This document shows positions 16,750 through 26,107 of a stretch of 64,000 nucleotides of DNA, piece after piece (within the stretch, counting starts at the first letter, position 1; each line of letters opens with the position of its first letter). The DNA is from Planctomycetota bacterium. GTDB taxonomy: Bacteria; Planctomycetota; MHYJ01; WSZJ01. A model generated the notes under the pieces. The model ran no database searches. It was not told the origin of the DNA and worked only from the letters and a program-made list of their open reading frames with translations. The DNA lies in assembly GCA_038060895.1 (NCBI GenBank), contig JBBTCT010000031.1, positions 32,001 through 96,000 on the forward strand. Direction: 5' to 3'. A program made the translations under genes and the position numbers.

Positions 16750-19035
16750 CTACCGACGGGGAGGGCCGCCGCGTCCACCGCCGCCGCCTCCGCGCCCGCC
16801 ACTGCCGCCTCTTCCACCACCGCCACCCCTGCCGCCGCCGCCGAAGCCGCCGCCTTCGCGCCGCGGCGGACGATCAGGCCGCGGGGCCTCGGGGATGGGC
16901 TGGCCGTCGGGGCCGACCGGGCGCGGAAGAAGCGCCTTCCGGCTGAGCCGGATCTTGCCGGCTTCCGAGCTGATGACCTTGAATTCCGCCTCGTCCCCGA
17001 TCTTGATGACGTCCTCGACCGTCTTGACGTAGCCCTCGGCGAGCTCGCTGATGTGGCACATGCCTTCGATGCCGCCAGCGACCGGGAGCTTGACGATCGC
17101 GCCGAATTCGCGCGTCTGGACAACCACGCCCTTGTAGACGGCGCCGACCTCGACATCCTCGATGAGGCCTTCGACCTTCTTCTTGGCCGCCTCCAGGCAG
17201 GTCAGATCCTTCGAGCTGATCGTCAGCACGCCATCGTCGTCGATCTCCAGCTTCGCGGACGTCTCTTCCTCGATCCCGCGGATGATTTTCCCGCCGGGAC
17301 CGATGACGGCGCCGATCTTGTCGCTGGGAAGCTGCATCCTCCAGAGACGGGGAGCCATCGCGCTGTAGTCGGCGCGCGGCGCGGACATGGTCTTGGCCAT
17401 CTCGGCCAGGATGTGGATCCGCCCGTCCTTCGCCTGCGCCAGCGCCCGGCCCATGATCGCCGAGCTGATGCCGGTGTTCTTGAGGTCCATCTGGAACGCC
17501 GTGATGCCGGTCGCCGTGCCGCAGACCTTGAAGTCCATGTCCCCGAACTTGTCCTCGCTGCCGAGGATGTCCGAGATCACCTCGACCTTGTTGTCCTGCG
17601 CGATCAGGCCCATCGCGATCCCGGCGACGGGAGAAGTGATCTTCACGCCGGCGTCGAGAAGCGCGAGCGTGCCGCCGCAGACCGACGCCATCGAGCTGGA
17701 GCCGTTCGACTCGAGGATGTCCGAGACGATGCGGCAGGTGTAGGGGAAGTCCTCAGGCGGCGGGATGATCCCGAGAATCGCGCGCTCGGCGAGGTCGCCG
17801 TGCCCGATTTCGCGCCGGCCGGGGCCGCGGATCGGCTTGGCCTCGTTGACGCTGAAGCTCGGGAAGTTGTAGTGCAGGTAGAACTTCTTCGAGTACTCCT
17901 CTTCCACAGCGCCGTCGATCACCTGTTCGTTGTCCGCCGTGCCGAGCGTCAGGCTGACCAGCGCCTGCGTCTCGCCACGCGTGAAGATCGCCGAGCCGTG
18001 CACGCGAGGCAGGACGCCGACCTCGCACGTGATCTGCCGGATGTCCTTCGGCCCGCGGCCGTCGGCGCGCAGCCCCTTGTGCACGATCAGCTCGCGCGTG
18101 ATCGTGTACTCGAGATCGCCCAGGTACCGCTTCACTTCCTTCGGGCAGACGTCCGTCGTCGCCTCGCCGTCCGCATCGACCGGCGCGAGCTTCTCGATGA
18201 TTTCCTTCTTCGCCGCCTTGACCCTGTCCGACCGCTCCTTCTTCGCCGTCGTCATGATCGCCGGCTCCAGCGTCTTGCGCGCCAGGGCTTCGACTTTCGC
18301 GAAGAGCTTCTCGTCGGTCTTGCGCCCCTCGAACGCCATCGTCGGTTTCCCGGCGCTGGCCTTCAGCTCCTTCTGGATCCGGCACAGATCCTTGATCCAC
18401 TTGTGGCCGAACTCGATCCCCGCAATCATCACTTCCTCGGCAATCTCAAGCCCCGATCCTTCGCACATCGTCACCGCTTCGTCCGTGCCCGACATCACGA
18501 GGTCGAGATCGCTCTCGTCGAGCTGCTCGTGCGTCGGGTTCACCACAAACACCCCGTTGATCCTGCCGACCCGGACGCAGCCGATCGGGCCCAGGAAGGG
18601 CGCTTCGCTGACCGCGAGGCAGGCCGATGAAGCGACGCCCGCGAGGACGTCGGGATCGTTCTGCATGTCCGCGCTGAAGACCGTGACCTGGATCTGGACT
18701 TCGTTCTTGAAGCCTTCCGGGAAGAGCGGCCGGATGGGGCGGTCGCAGAGGCGCGCCGTCAGGATTTCCTTCGTGGAGGGGCGATTCTCGCGCTTGATGA
18801 AGCCGCCGGGGAATTTTCCAGCGGCGTGCGTTCTCTCGCGATAGTCCACCGTGAGCGGGAAGAAATCGTCGTCGTCCGCATACGGGTTCGGGCGGGGCGC
18901 GGCGACGACCGCCGCGGCGAACACCACCGTGTCCCCGTACTGGACCCAGGCGGCGCCGCTGGCCAGTTTCGCCAGCTTGCCCGTCTCAATGATCAACGGC
19001 TTGTCGCCAATCATGCACTGCACGCGTGTTGCCAA
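16750..19035 (-). CDS. pnp: Polyribonucleotide nucleotidyltransferase (PNPase)
   Basis: FFPLTVDYRE, GKFPGGFIKRE, RREIGHG, ESNGSSSMASVCG, GDMDFKV, KH (IGAVIGPGGK) and S1 domains; TTG after GGAGG. Confidence 0.98.
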   Translation of the reverse strand: MATRVQCMIGDKPLIIETGKLAKLASGAAWVQYGDTVVFAAAVVAAPRPNPYADDDDFFPLTVDYRERTHAAGKFPGGFIKRENRPSTKEILTARLCDRPIRPLFPEGFKNEVQIQVTVFSADMQNDPDVLAGVASSACLAVSEAPFLGPIGCVRVGRINGVFVVNPTHEQLDESDLDLVMSGTDEAVTMCEGSGLEIAEEVMIAGIEFGHKWIKDLCRIQKELKASAGKPTMAFEGRKTDEKLFAKVEALARKTLEPAIMTTAKKERSDRVKAAKKEIIEKLAPVDADGEATTDVCPKEVKRYLGDLEYTITRELIVHKGLRADGRGPKDIRQITCEVGVLPRVHGSAIFTRGETQALVSLTLGTADNEQVIDGAVEEEYSKKFYLHYNFPSFSVNEAKPIRGPGRREIGHGDLAERAILGIIPPPEDFPYTCRIVSDILESNGSSSMASVCGGTLALLDAGVKITSPVAGIAMGLIAQDNKVEVISDILGSEDKFGDMDFKVCGTATGITAFQMDLKNTGISSAIMGRALAQAKDGRIHILAEMAKTMSAPRADYSAMAPRLWRMQLPSDKIGAVIGPGGKIIRGIEEETSAKLEIDDDGVLTISSKDLTCLEAAKKKVEGLIEDVEVGAVYKGVVVQTREFGAIVKLPVAGGIEGMCHISELAEGYVKTVEDVIKIGDEAEFKVISSEAGKIRLSRKALLPRPVGPDGQPIPEAPRPDRPPRREGGGFGGGGRGGGGGRGGSGGRGGGGGGRGGPPRR

Positions 19036-19181
19036 CGTAGTCCCTCCGACCTTGTGCGCCGTCCGGGGCAGAGGGGGAAGCACTGGATCTCTGCCCCCCC
19101 GACGGGGAGGCACAGACCCGCGCTTCCATTCACAACCGCAGACCCGGCGGCGCTTCCGCGACCCGCAATACGCGAGCCGCT

Positions 19182-19212
19182 AAAACAAAATCGCCCCGCC
19201 GGAGCGGGGCGA
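19182..19212 (-). terminator. Rho-independent terminator after rpsO
   Basis: TCGCCCCGC / GCGGGGCGA stem followed on minus strand by TTTTGTTTT. Confidence 0.8.
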
Positions 19213-19216
19213 ACGG

Positions 19217-19492
19217 TTACTTGCGAAGACCCAGTCTCTGGATGATCGACTGGTACCGGGGGTGCGCGTTCGTTGCGAGGTACTTCAGCAGCGAAGCGCG
19301 CCGGCCGACCATGACGAGCAGACCCCGGCGCGAGGTGAAGTCCTTGGCGTGCGACTTGAGGTGCGCCGTGAGGTGGTTGATGCGCTCCGTGAGCAGCGCG
19401 ATCTGCACTTCGGGAGACCCGGTGTCTTTCTCATGGGTCCGGAACGTCTCGACGGCCTTCGTGCGCTTTTCCTTCAGGGCAAACGGCGGCAT
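19217..19492 (-). CDS. rpsO: 30S ribosomal protein S15
   Basis: [43 protein letters not shown]; upstream of pnp. Confidence 0.98.
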   Translation of the reverse strand: MPPFALKEKRTKAVETFRTHEKDTGSPEVQIALLTERINHLTAHLKSHAKDFTSRRGLLVMVGRRASLLKYLATNAHPRYQSIIQRLGLRK

Positions 19493-19567
19493 GGAATCTC
19501 CTTGGGTTCGGGCATTCGCCTGTCCTCAAGCTTTGGGCTGGAGGAAGGTAGTTGTTGAAGGGTGGGG

Positions 19568-19595
19568 AGTATAGGAGAGCCGAAGGGGAAGTCAA
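19568..19595 (-). promoter_or_regulatory. Sigma70-type promoter of rpsO-pnp
   Basis: TTGACT-N16-TATACT on minus strand. Confidence 0.7.
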
Positions 19596-19620
19596 GGACG
19601 GCAGTCGGGAGGCGGGAGTT

Positions 19621-20025
19621 TCAGGGCACGATCGAGAAGTGGCCTATTCCACGGGGCCGGTAACGTTCGAAGTCGCGCCTGTCGATCGTGAAAACGCGGG
19701 AGATTCGCTCCCTCTCCGCCGCCTGGACCAGGGCGGCGTCCGCCAGGTCCATCGGGAGGTCCCGATACTTCTCCATCAGCTCTCGAATCCGCGGACAGTC
19801 CCCGGTTGCGAGGGAGAGTATCTTGAGACTGCCGCCGACAACCATCTCCCAGAGCGCGTCCTGGGCCTTCCAGGAGAAGTTCAGCAGATACATCGCTTCC
19901 GTCACGGCGGGCCACACGCTGGCCATCGGTTCACGGAGGATCTTCAGTGCCCGGACACACTCCGCATGACGCTCATCGTCCCTGTGCAGGAGCGCCACCA
20001 GCGGTCCTGCATCGACGAGAATCAC
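19621..20025 (-). CDS. vapC: PIN-domain toxin
   Basis: ILVDAGPLVAL, VTEA, MDLADAALV, FTIDRRDF. Confidence 0.92.
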   Translation of the reverse strand: MILVDAGPLVALLHRDDERHAECVRALKILREPMASVWPAVTEAMYLLNFSWKAQDALWEMVVGGSLKILSLATGDCPRIRELMEKYRDLPMDLADAALVQAAERERISRVFTIDRRDFERYRPRGIGHFSIVP

Positions 20026-20285
20026 GATTTGCGCCGACGCGCCTGGAGAATTCGGCGGAAGTGAGCGCCCGTCTTTGCCGACAGGTCAGGGGGTCCACCA
20101 CGGACGCAACCAACGAGGTGCGCGATTGCCTCGTACGGACCCCGGGACTCCGCTTCCTGGGAGCTCGCCCGCGCGAGCAGGTCAAGCGCCTCGCGGATCA
20201 GTGCGGACTGCGTCTTCCCCGTCTGACGGACGAGTTTCAGCAACCGCGAACGCGTGGTGGATGGAAGGCGAAAGCTGAGGATCAT
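20022..20285 (-). CDS. Ribbon-helix-helix (CopG-like) antitoxin
   Basis: LSFRLP..LLKLVRQTGKTQSALIREAL; GPPDLS; 4-nt overlap with vapC. Confidence 0.85.
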   Translation of the reverse strand: MILSFRLPSTTRSRLLKLVRQTGKTQSALIREALDLLARASSQEAESRGPYEAIAHLVGCVRGGPPDLSAKTGAHFRRILQARRRKS

Positions 20286-20300
20286 GTTCCGGGCTCCCTT

Positions 20301-20320
20301 GTATTACAGCATTGTAATAC
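20301..20320. promoter_or_regulatory. Palindromic operator upstream of the antitoxin
   Basis: GTATTACA-GCAT-TGTAATAC perfect 8-bp inverted repeat, AT-rich, just upstream of the SD. Confidence 0.7.
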
Positions 20321-20440
20321 GCACAAACTGGAATTCCAAGACCGGAACATTCGGTTCGGCGCGGCGCTTTCCGGGTTGGACTATTCTTCGCGGCGGACAG
20401 AATTCAGATTCCCGCTCATCAGAAGCCTCCCCCTGGACAG

Positions 20441-20926
20441 CTACTTTTTCCCGTGCCCCGGCTCCGCGGAGTCCGGCGCCTCCGGCACTTCCTGCTGCGC
20501 CACTCCCTTGTTGGTCAGCTCGATCACGTCCTTCACCATCTGGACGAGCTTCCAGCGCTGGAAGGGCTTCGCGAGCACTCCATACACCCCATAGAAGAAC
20601 GGCCGCGGCGTGTTCTCGATCACCGCGCGCGCCGTCAGCATGATCACCGGCAGGCCCGCGGTCTTCGTGTCCTGCTTCAGGATCTCGTACACCTGGTAGC
20701 CGTTCAGGCCGGGCATCATCACGTCGAGAATCATCACGTCCACACCGCCGCGCTTCGCCATCTCAATCCCCTGCTCGGGGCTCGTCGTCGTCTTGACGAG
20801 GTAGCCTTCCTCCTCGAGGAAGAACTTGATGATGTTGAGGATCTTCACCGTGTCGTCGACCACCAGGATCGTCTTCTGGGGGCGGAACGGCGTGATCGCG
20901 GTTTCTTCGGGGGGTTTCTGGTTCAT
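20441..20926 (-). CDS. Single-domain response regulator receiver
   Basis: ILVVDD, ILDVMMPGLNG, PVIMLTA, KPF. Confidence 0.92.
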   Translation of the reverse strand: MNQKPPEETAITPFRPQKTILVVDDTVKILNIIKFFLEEEGYLVKTTTSPEQGIEMAKRGGVDVMILDVMMPGLNGYQVYEILKQDTKTAGLPVIMLTARAVIENTPRPFFYGVYGVLAKPFQRWKLVQMVKDVIELTNKGVAQQEVPEAPDSAEPGHGKK

Positions 20927-22500
20927 CGGCGGCGGGGCCGCGCGGCGAGCCAGGAGAGGATGAGAAGCGCGAGTCCTGCAAGCGCTCCCCCGGCCGGCGG
21001 AACGGTTCTTTCGGAAAGTATCACGTTCTTCGTCGGAAGGTCAAGACGCGGGGAAGCGGGCGATGCGGGGGAAGCCGCTTCCGCGAGCTCGCGCGCATCT
21101 TCGAGATTGACGGCAACGGGCGCGCCGTTGTGAAGGAACAGTCCCGCGCGAAAGAACGGCTTTGGTCCGTGGCGATCGGGAAGCGAGTCTCCCGTTGAAA
21201 TCATGTTTCCGGCGGACGGACGGAAGCGCCGCGCGACGTCGGCCCAGAAGAGCGGGAAGGAGACGAGCCGCGGCCAGTTGGAATTCGGAGCGGACGGATC
21301 GAAGGCGACGACGACGGTGCCGTCGCACAGGTAGATGAGAGAGTCGACGAGCATGACGGGCGGTTTCAGGAACCGGAGTTTGCGTGCCCGCGACACCTGC
21401 AGTTTCGACAGGTCGGCGGCGGCGGCGACTTTCACGAGTGGTTCGGTCAGGTCCGGGATGCGCGTTTCGGCCGGGGTGATCTCGCCCTCGACCTCGAACA
21501 GTCCCGCGACGCCTTTCGGCGGATCGATGATGACGGCGGCTCCGCGGGGCGCCGCGGCGGGGACGACCCCGATCCAGATCGATGGCGACCCTCCCAGTTC
21601 GGGCTTGAGACCCGCGCCTTCGAGCGCGCGGCGAAGCGCCGGAAAGTCGCGGCCGGAAATCCCGACGGGAGCGCCCTCGCTGGAAGCGGCCCAGAAGCGA
21701 GCGTTGTTCGACTCGAAGCCGTCGGGCCGCTCGATCTCAACCGACGCAGTTTTCGCCGCACCGGCGGGACGCCGCAGGAGCGCCCGACCGCCTGGGGATG
21801 ACGTGAGCTCGACCGACTCGGATTCCTCGCCGACGCGGACGGTGACACGGACGGACTCACCACGCACCACCGCGAAGAGCTCGCCGTCGGCGACAAACAG
21901 CGCTTCCACGGCATGCGTATCCGCTCCCCCGGTGTGCACGCGCCACGTCGCGACTTCCGCCGGGCCCGGATGGCTCCCGAAAGCCGCGACGACGTCGTCG
22001 CCCGCGAAGCGCGCGGCCGCGCCGGCGACGTCGCCGGGAGCGTCCGTCCAGCCTGCCTTGGAGAGCCTGTCCAGCGCTTCCGCCTTCGCCAGCCCGCGCC
22101 ACTCCCCGAAGGGAACGAGGGCGAGGTCCACGACAGCGTCGCCGGGCAGTCCGCGAACGAACGACCCGGCCTCCGCGGCGATCTCACGAAAGGCTCCGCG
22201 CGCGGACGCCGTCGCATCGACGACGACGCCGACGCGAATCGGTTCGGGGGCGAGCGTCCGGAACTTGAGCTTCGCGGCACCGACTGCGAAGACAACAACG
22301 CCCGCCATCGCCAGCCACAGCGCCGCGTCCGCGCGCCGCCGGTGCCGCGCCACCGCCGCCGGGTCCGGCACCGGAAGCCGCTTCCACAACAGAAGGCTTG
22401 GCCACTCGACGTCGCGCGGGCGGCGGCGCGCGCGATGCCACCACCAGAGGAGCGGGAGGGCCGCGAACGCGGCGAGGGCCCAGGGGTAGGCGGCGCTCAA
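20923..22500 (-). CDS. BatA-type N-terminal double-TM + VWA-like protein
   Basis: YPWAL..LPLLWWWH..WPSLLLW; VVVDATAS MIDAS-like; SFPLFW; TTG start overlaps DUF58 stop. Confidence 0.75.
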   Translation of the reverse strand: MSAAYPWALAAFAALPLLWWWHRARRRPRDVEWPSLLLWKRLPVPDPAAVARHRRRADAALWLAMAGVVVFAVGAAKLKFRTLAPEPIRVGVVVDATASARGAFREIAAEAGSFVRGLPGDAVVDLALVPFGEWRGLAKAEALDRLSKAGWTDAPGDVAGAAARFAGDDVVAAFGSHPGPAEVATWRVHTGGADTHAVEALFVADGELFAVVRGESVRVTVRVGEESESVELTSSPGGRALLRRPAGAAKTASVEIERPDGFESNNARFWAASSEGAPVGISGRDFPALRRALEGAGLKPELGGSPSIWIGVVPAAAPRGAAVIIDPPKGVAGLFEVEGEITPAETRIPDLTEPLVKVAAAADLSKLQVSRARKLRFLKPPVMLVDSLIYLCDGTVVVAFDPSAPNSNWPRLVSFPLFWADVARRFRPSAGNMISTGDSLPDRHGPKPFFRAGLFLHNGAPVAVNLEDARELAEAASPASPASPRLDLPTKNVILSERTVPPAGGALAGLALLILSWLAARPRRR

Positions 22501-23333
22501 CAGACCGCCTCGGCCCATTCGGCCAGCGGCGCGCCGGCCGCGAGGCGGATGTAGGCAATGCCGTGCGAAGCGCAGAGCGTGCGCCAGTTGCCGGCGAAGT
22601 CCTCGAGCGCCCTGGAGTAGGAAGCGGCGGTCGCGTCGTCGAAGAGGACTTCGCGAATCTCACCCGTTTCGGCATCGCGGAGCCGCAGCAGACCTTCGGG
22701 CGGGTGGGCTTCCTCGGAAGCCACGACGTGAACGACTGTAACGGCATGGCCGTGTACGCGGAGAGCGACAAGCGCGGGACCTGCGGATTCCTCCTCGAGC
22801 AGGTCACTGACGAAGAGGATGCGGCCGCGGCGGGCGTGAAGGAGCGTCTTGGCGGCTGCGAGGCCGCCGCCGGCGCCGGCCGTGCCGATCGACTCGACGT
22901 GCCGGTCGAGCTCCGGGATGTCCTTGGGGTTGCCGAAGCCGCGTGGCTCGAGCGCCTTCCCGGCCGCGAATGCCGCGAGGCGTGTCTGGTCTCCCTGGAG
23001 AAGGGCCACGACGGCCGCCGCAGCGGCAACGCGCTTCGCCGTCAGCGACTTGCCCCACGGCGCCATCGAGGCCGAGGCGTCGAGAAGTACGGCGAGAGTC
23101 CCTTCGACCTCTTCCCGGAACTCGCGAATGACGAGGTTCTCAGTCCGGGCGTAGGCGGCCCAGTCGATCGTCCGCGGGTCGTCGCCGGACACGTACCCTC
23201 GATGCCCCTCGAACTGGCTCCCAGCTCCCTTGCGAGCGCCCGGCCTCGCCCCGCCGGGCGCGCCGGGGGCGGAGGAGCGCCGCGCCGCGGCGAGCGCGGC
23301 GAGCCTGGCCAGGTCGGTGGAGGAGAGGAGCAT
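22497..23333 (-). CDS. DUF58 domain protein (MoxR-associated)
   Basis: FEGHRGYVSGDDPRTIDWAAYAR, LVIREFREE, LLDASASM, VSDL. Confidence 0.92.
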   Translation of the reverse strand: MLLSSTDLARLAALAAARRSSAPGAPGGARPGARKGAGSQFEGHRGYVSGDDPRTIDWAAYARTENLVIREFREEVEGTLAVLLDASASMAPWGKSLTAKRVAAAAAVVALLQGDQTRLAAFAAGKALEPRGFGNPKDIPELDRHVESIGTAGAGGGLAAAKTLLHARRGRILFVSDLLEEESAGPALVALRVHGHAVTVVHVVASEEAHPPEGLLRLRDAETGEIREVLFDDATAASYSRALEDFAGNWRTLCASHGIAYIRLAAGAPLAEWAEAVC

Positions 23334-23410
23334 GTGAAGCGGAATGCAGTCCGCCTCTTCTATAACGGCGCCGCCGGACCGCTGGCTTGAGTCAAATGGG
23401 CCCCGATTCC

Positions 23411-23440
23411 TTGACCAACTTCCGACAGCCCCCATAGAAT
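23411..23440 (+). promoter_or_regulatory. Sigma70-type promoter of the nuo operon
   Basis: TTGACC-N18-TAGAAT, 44 nt before nuoA ATG. Confidence 0.6.
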
Positions 23441-23484
23441 CCCGCCCCGAACCGCGCACCGGCCTCTTCGACGGAAACCAAAGC

Positions 23485-23934
23485 ATGCGCTACGATTACG
23501 TCGGCGTCCTCATCTACATGGTGCTGGCCGTCGGCTTCGTCCTGATCGGCATGACCGCGCAGAAATACGTCTCAAAGTTCCTGCGCACCAACAAGCCCAA
23601 CGCAGAGAAACTCTCGCCCTATGAGTGCGGCGAAGAGCCCGTCGGCGGGACGTCGATCCGGTTCAATATCCGCTTCTACGTGATGGCGCTGGTCTTCATC
23701 GTTTTCGACGTGGAAGTCGTGCTTCTCTTCCCGTGGGCGCGCGTCTTCACGGAGCTTTACCCCTTCTACCGAATGGCCCTGTTCTGGGACATGCTCATCT
23801 TCGTGGGCATCCTGTCGCTGGGGCTGGCGTACATCTGGGGGAAGGGCGACCTGGAGTGGGTGAAGTCGTTCCGGAAGCATCTTTCGCCGGCGGAGCAGGT
23901 GGCGCGCAAGCCTTCGAAGAAGGAGGCGGCGTAG
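23485..23934 (+). CDS. nuoA: NADH-quinone oxidoreductase subunit A
   Basis: KLSPYECG, FYVMALVFIVFDVEVVLLFPWA, KGDLEW. Confidence 0.96.
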   Translation: MRYDYVGVLIYMVLAVGFVLIGMTAQKYVSKFLRTNKPNAEKLSPYECGEEPVGGTSIRFNIRFYVMALVFIVFDVEVVLLFPWARVFTELYPFYRMALFWDMLIFVGILSLGLAYIWGKGDLEWVKSFRKHLSPAEQVARKPSKKEAA

Positions 23935-25197
23935 GTGCATCCGCTTCTTAACTTTGCGCACGACGTCCTGCCGTTCACGAAGAACTGGCCGGATTGGATC
24001 CTGTACGGGTCCCTGGTGTTCATCGTGGCGTTCGGCATCCTGAATACGCTGGTGGCGCCGCTGACGGGGATCAGCACCTACATCGAGCGGCGGCTGGCCG
24101 GGCGCGCGCAGTACCGGTGGGGCCCGAACCGGGTGGGATTCCGCAGCATGCTCGACGCGTTGCCGATCACGCGCGGGATCGCGAAGCTCGGGGACATGCA
24201 GCCGTTCAAGTTCATCGGGTCGAAGATCCCGGGCGGGCTGCTGCAGTTCGCGGCGGACGGGCTGAAGCTGTTCACCAAGGAAGACATCATCCCGGCGCAG
24301 GCGGACCAGCTCCTGTTTCGCGGCGCGCCCTACGTGATCCTGGCCGGGTCGTTCGCGGCGTTCGCCGTGCTCCCGGTTTCGTTCCACTTCCGCGCCGTCA
24401 ACCTCAACATCGGCATCTTCTACATTCTCGGGATCAGCTCGATCGTGGTGCCGGGAATTCTCATGGCGGGCTGGGGAAGCGCGAACAAGTGGGCGCTGCT
24501 CGGCGGGATGCGGGCTGCGGCGCAGATCATCTCGTACGAAATCCCGGTCGCCATCGCGCTCATGACCGCGGTGATGCTCGCCGGCACGATGAACATGGCG
24601 GACATCGTGGAGACGCAGCGAAGCGGGTACGGGATGGAGAAGGCCGGGATGCTGGGGTGGTATGCGTTCCGGTACGGCGGGCTGATGCTGGTGCCGTTCG
24701 TGATCTATTTCATCGGCGGCTGTGCCGAGGTGAACCGGACGCCGTTCGACCTGGTTGAAGGCGAGTCGGAGCTGGTCGCCGGGTACCACACGGAGTACTC
24801 GGGCTTCCGCTGGTCGTTCTTCTTCATGGCGGAGTACTCGAACATGTTCGCGGTCGGCGCGATCGCGACGACGATGTTCCTCGGGGGGCCGCTTCCGCCG
24901 TATCCGGTGCAGTTCACGGAAAGCCTGTTCGGGCCGATGGGGAATCTCGGCATGGTCCTGCGCTTCGGCGAAGGGTTCTTCTGGTTCTTCGCCAAGTCGT
25001 ACTTTTTCGTCCTCCTGATGATCCACATGCGGTGGACCCTGCCTCGTTACCGCATTGACCAGATGATGCACCTCTGCTGGAAGGTGCTGATCCCGATCGG
25101 CCTGGTGTGGTTCGTGCTGATGTGCGGGGTCAAGATGGTGCGGATGGAAATGGCGCTGCCGCCGGAAAAGGACGCCGTGGCGGAGGTGCACAAATGA
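23935..25197 (+). CDS. nuoH: NADH-quinone oxidoreductase subunit H
   Basis: YIERR..R.GPNRVG, ADGLKLFTKE, AAQIISYE, RTPFDLVEGESELVAGYHTEYSG, PRYRIDQ. Confidence 0.97.
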   Translation: MHPLLNFAHDVLPFTKNWPDWILYGSLVFIVAFGILNTLVAPLTGISTYIERRLAGRAQYRWGPNRVGFRSMLDALPITRGIAKLGDMQPFKFIGSKIPGGLLQFAADGLKLFTKEDIIPAQADQLLFRGAPYVILAGSFAAFAVLPVSFHFRAVNLNIGIFYILGISSIVVPGILMAGWGSANKWALLGGMRAAAQIISYEIPVAIALMTAVMLAGTMNMADIVETQRSGYGMEKAGMLGWYAFRYGGLMLVPFVIYFIGGCAEVNRTPFDLVEGESELVAGYHTEYSGFRWSFFFMAEYSNMFAVGAIATTMFLGGPLPPYPVQFTESLFGPMGNLGMVLRFGEGFFWFFAKSYFFVLLMIHMRWTLPRYRIDQMMHLCWKVLIPIGLVWFVLMCGVKMVRMEMALPPEKDAVAEVHK

Positions 25198-25721
25198 TCG
25201 CGATCCTCGGGATCAAGCTGGGCGACCCGGCCGCCTGGGTCTTCCTCGCTTTCGCGGCGGTGACGTGCGCCAGCGCGCTGGTCGTGGCGGCGTCGCGCAA
25301 CATCATCTACAGCGCCTACGCGCTTCTCCTTACGTTCTTCGGCGTCGCAGGGCTTTACGCGTTCCTCGACGCGGACTTCATCGCGGCGGCCCAGCTGCTC
25401 GTCTACGTCGGCGGCATCCTCGTCCTGATCCTGTTCGGCGTGATGCTCACCCACAAGATCCGCGAAATCAAACTGTCCAACGAGACCACGAACCCGATCG
25501 TCGGCGCGGCCATCGCCGGGTTCGTCTTCCTCGCGCTCGCCTACGTCTCCCTCTACACGAACTGGGACGTCGTGGACCGCCCGGCCTCGCCGACCACCGG
25601 TGAAATCGGCAAGGCCTTCGTCGGGAAGTACCTGCTGCCCTTCGAAGCGTCCTCCGTCCTCCTCCTCGGCGCGCTGATCGGCGCCGCGTACCTCGCGCGC
25701 CGCGACAAGGAGAAGGCCTGA
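25194..25721 (+). CDS. nuoJ: NADH-quinone oxidoreductase subunit J
   Basis: AAAQLLVYVGGILVLILFGVML, YLLPFEASSVLLL. Confidence 0.96.
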   Translation: MIAILGIKLGDPAAWVFLAFAAVTCASALVVAASRNIIYSAYALLLTFFGVAGLYAFLDADFIAAAQLLVYVGGILVLILFGVMLTHKIREIKLSNETTNPIVGAAIAGFVFLALAYVSLYTNWDVVDRPASPTTGEIGKAFVGKYLLPFEASSVLLLGALIGAAYLARRDKEKA

Positions 25722-26107
25722 TGCCCGTCGCCAACCTCGAGTGGTTCCTGCTCATCGGCGCGTTCCTCTTCGCGACCGGCGTCTTCACGATCCTGACGCG
25801 GAAAAACGCAGTCTCCGTGCTCATGGGCGTCGAGCTCGTCCTCAACAGCGCCAACATCAACCTCGTCGCGTTCTCCCGCTTCGTGAAAGCCCCCCCGACG
25901 CTGGGACCGACCTCGATTGAATTCCCGCTTCAGGGGGAAGCGGCGCACCACGTCTACGGCGCGGCGTGGATCGGCGGGAACGTCTTTGCGGCCTTCGTCA
26001 TCATCCTCGCGGCTGCGGAAGCCGCGGTGGCGCTCGCGATCATCCTGGGGATCTACCGGAACCTCGGCGACGTGGACGTGGACGAGGTGACGGCGATGAA
26101 GGGCTAA
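25721..26107 (+). CDS. nuoK: NADH-quinone oxidoreductase subunit K (with loop insertion)
   Basis: LMGVELVLNSANINLVAF, AAAEAAVALAI. Confidence 0.96.
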   Translation: MPVANLEWFLLIGAFLFATGVFTILTRKNAVSVLMGVELVLNSANINLVAFSRFVKAPPTLGPTSIEFPLQGEAAHHVYGAAWIGGNVFAAFVIILAAAEAAVALAIILGIYRNLGDVDVDEVTAMKG

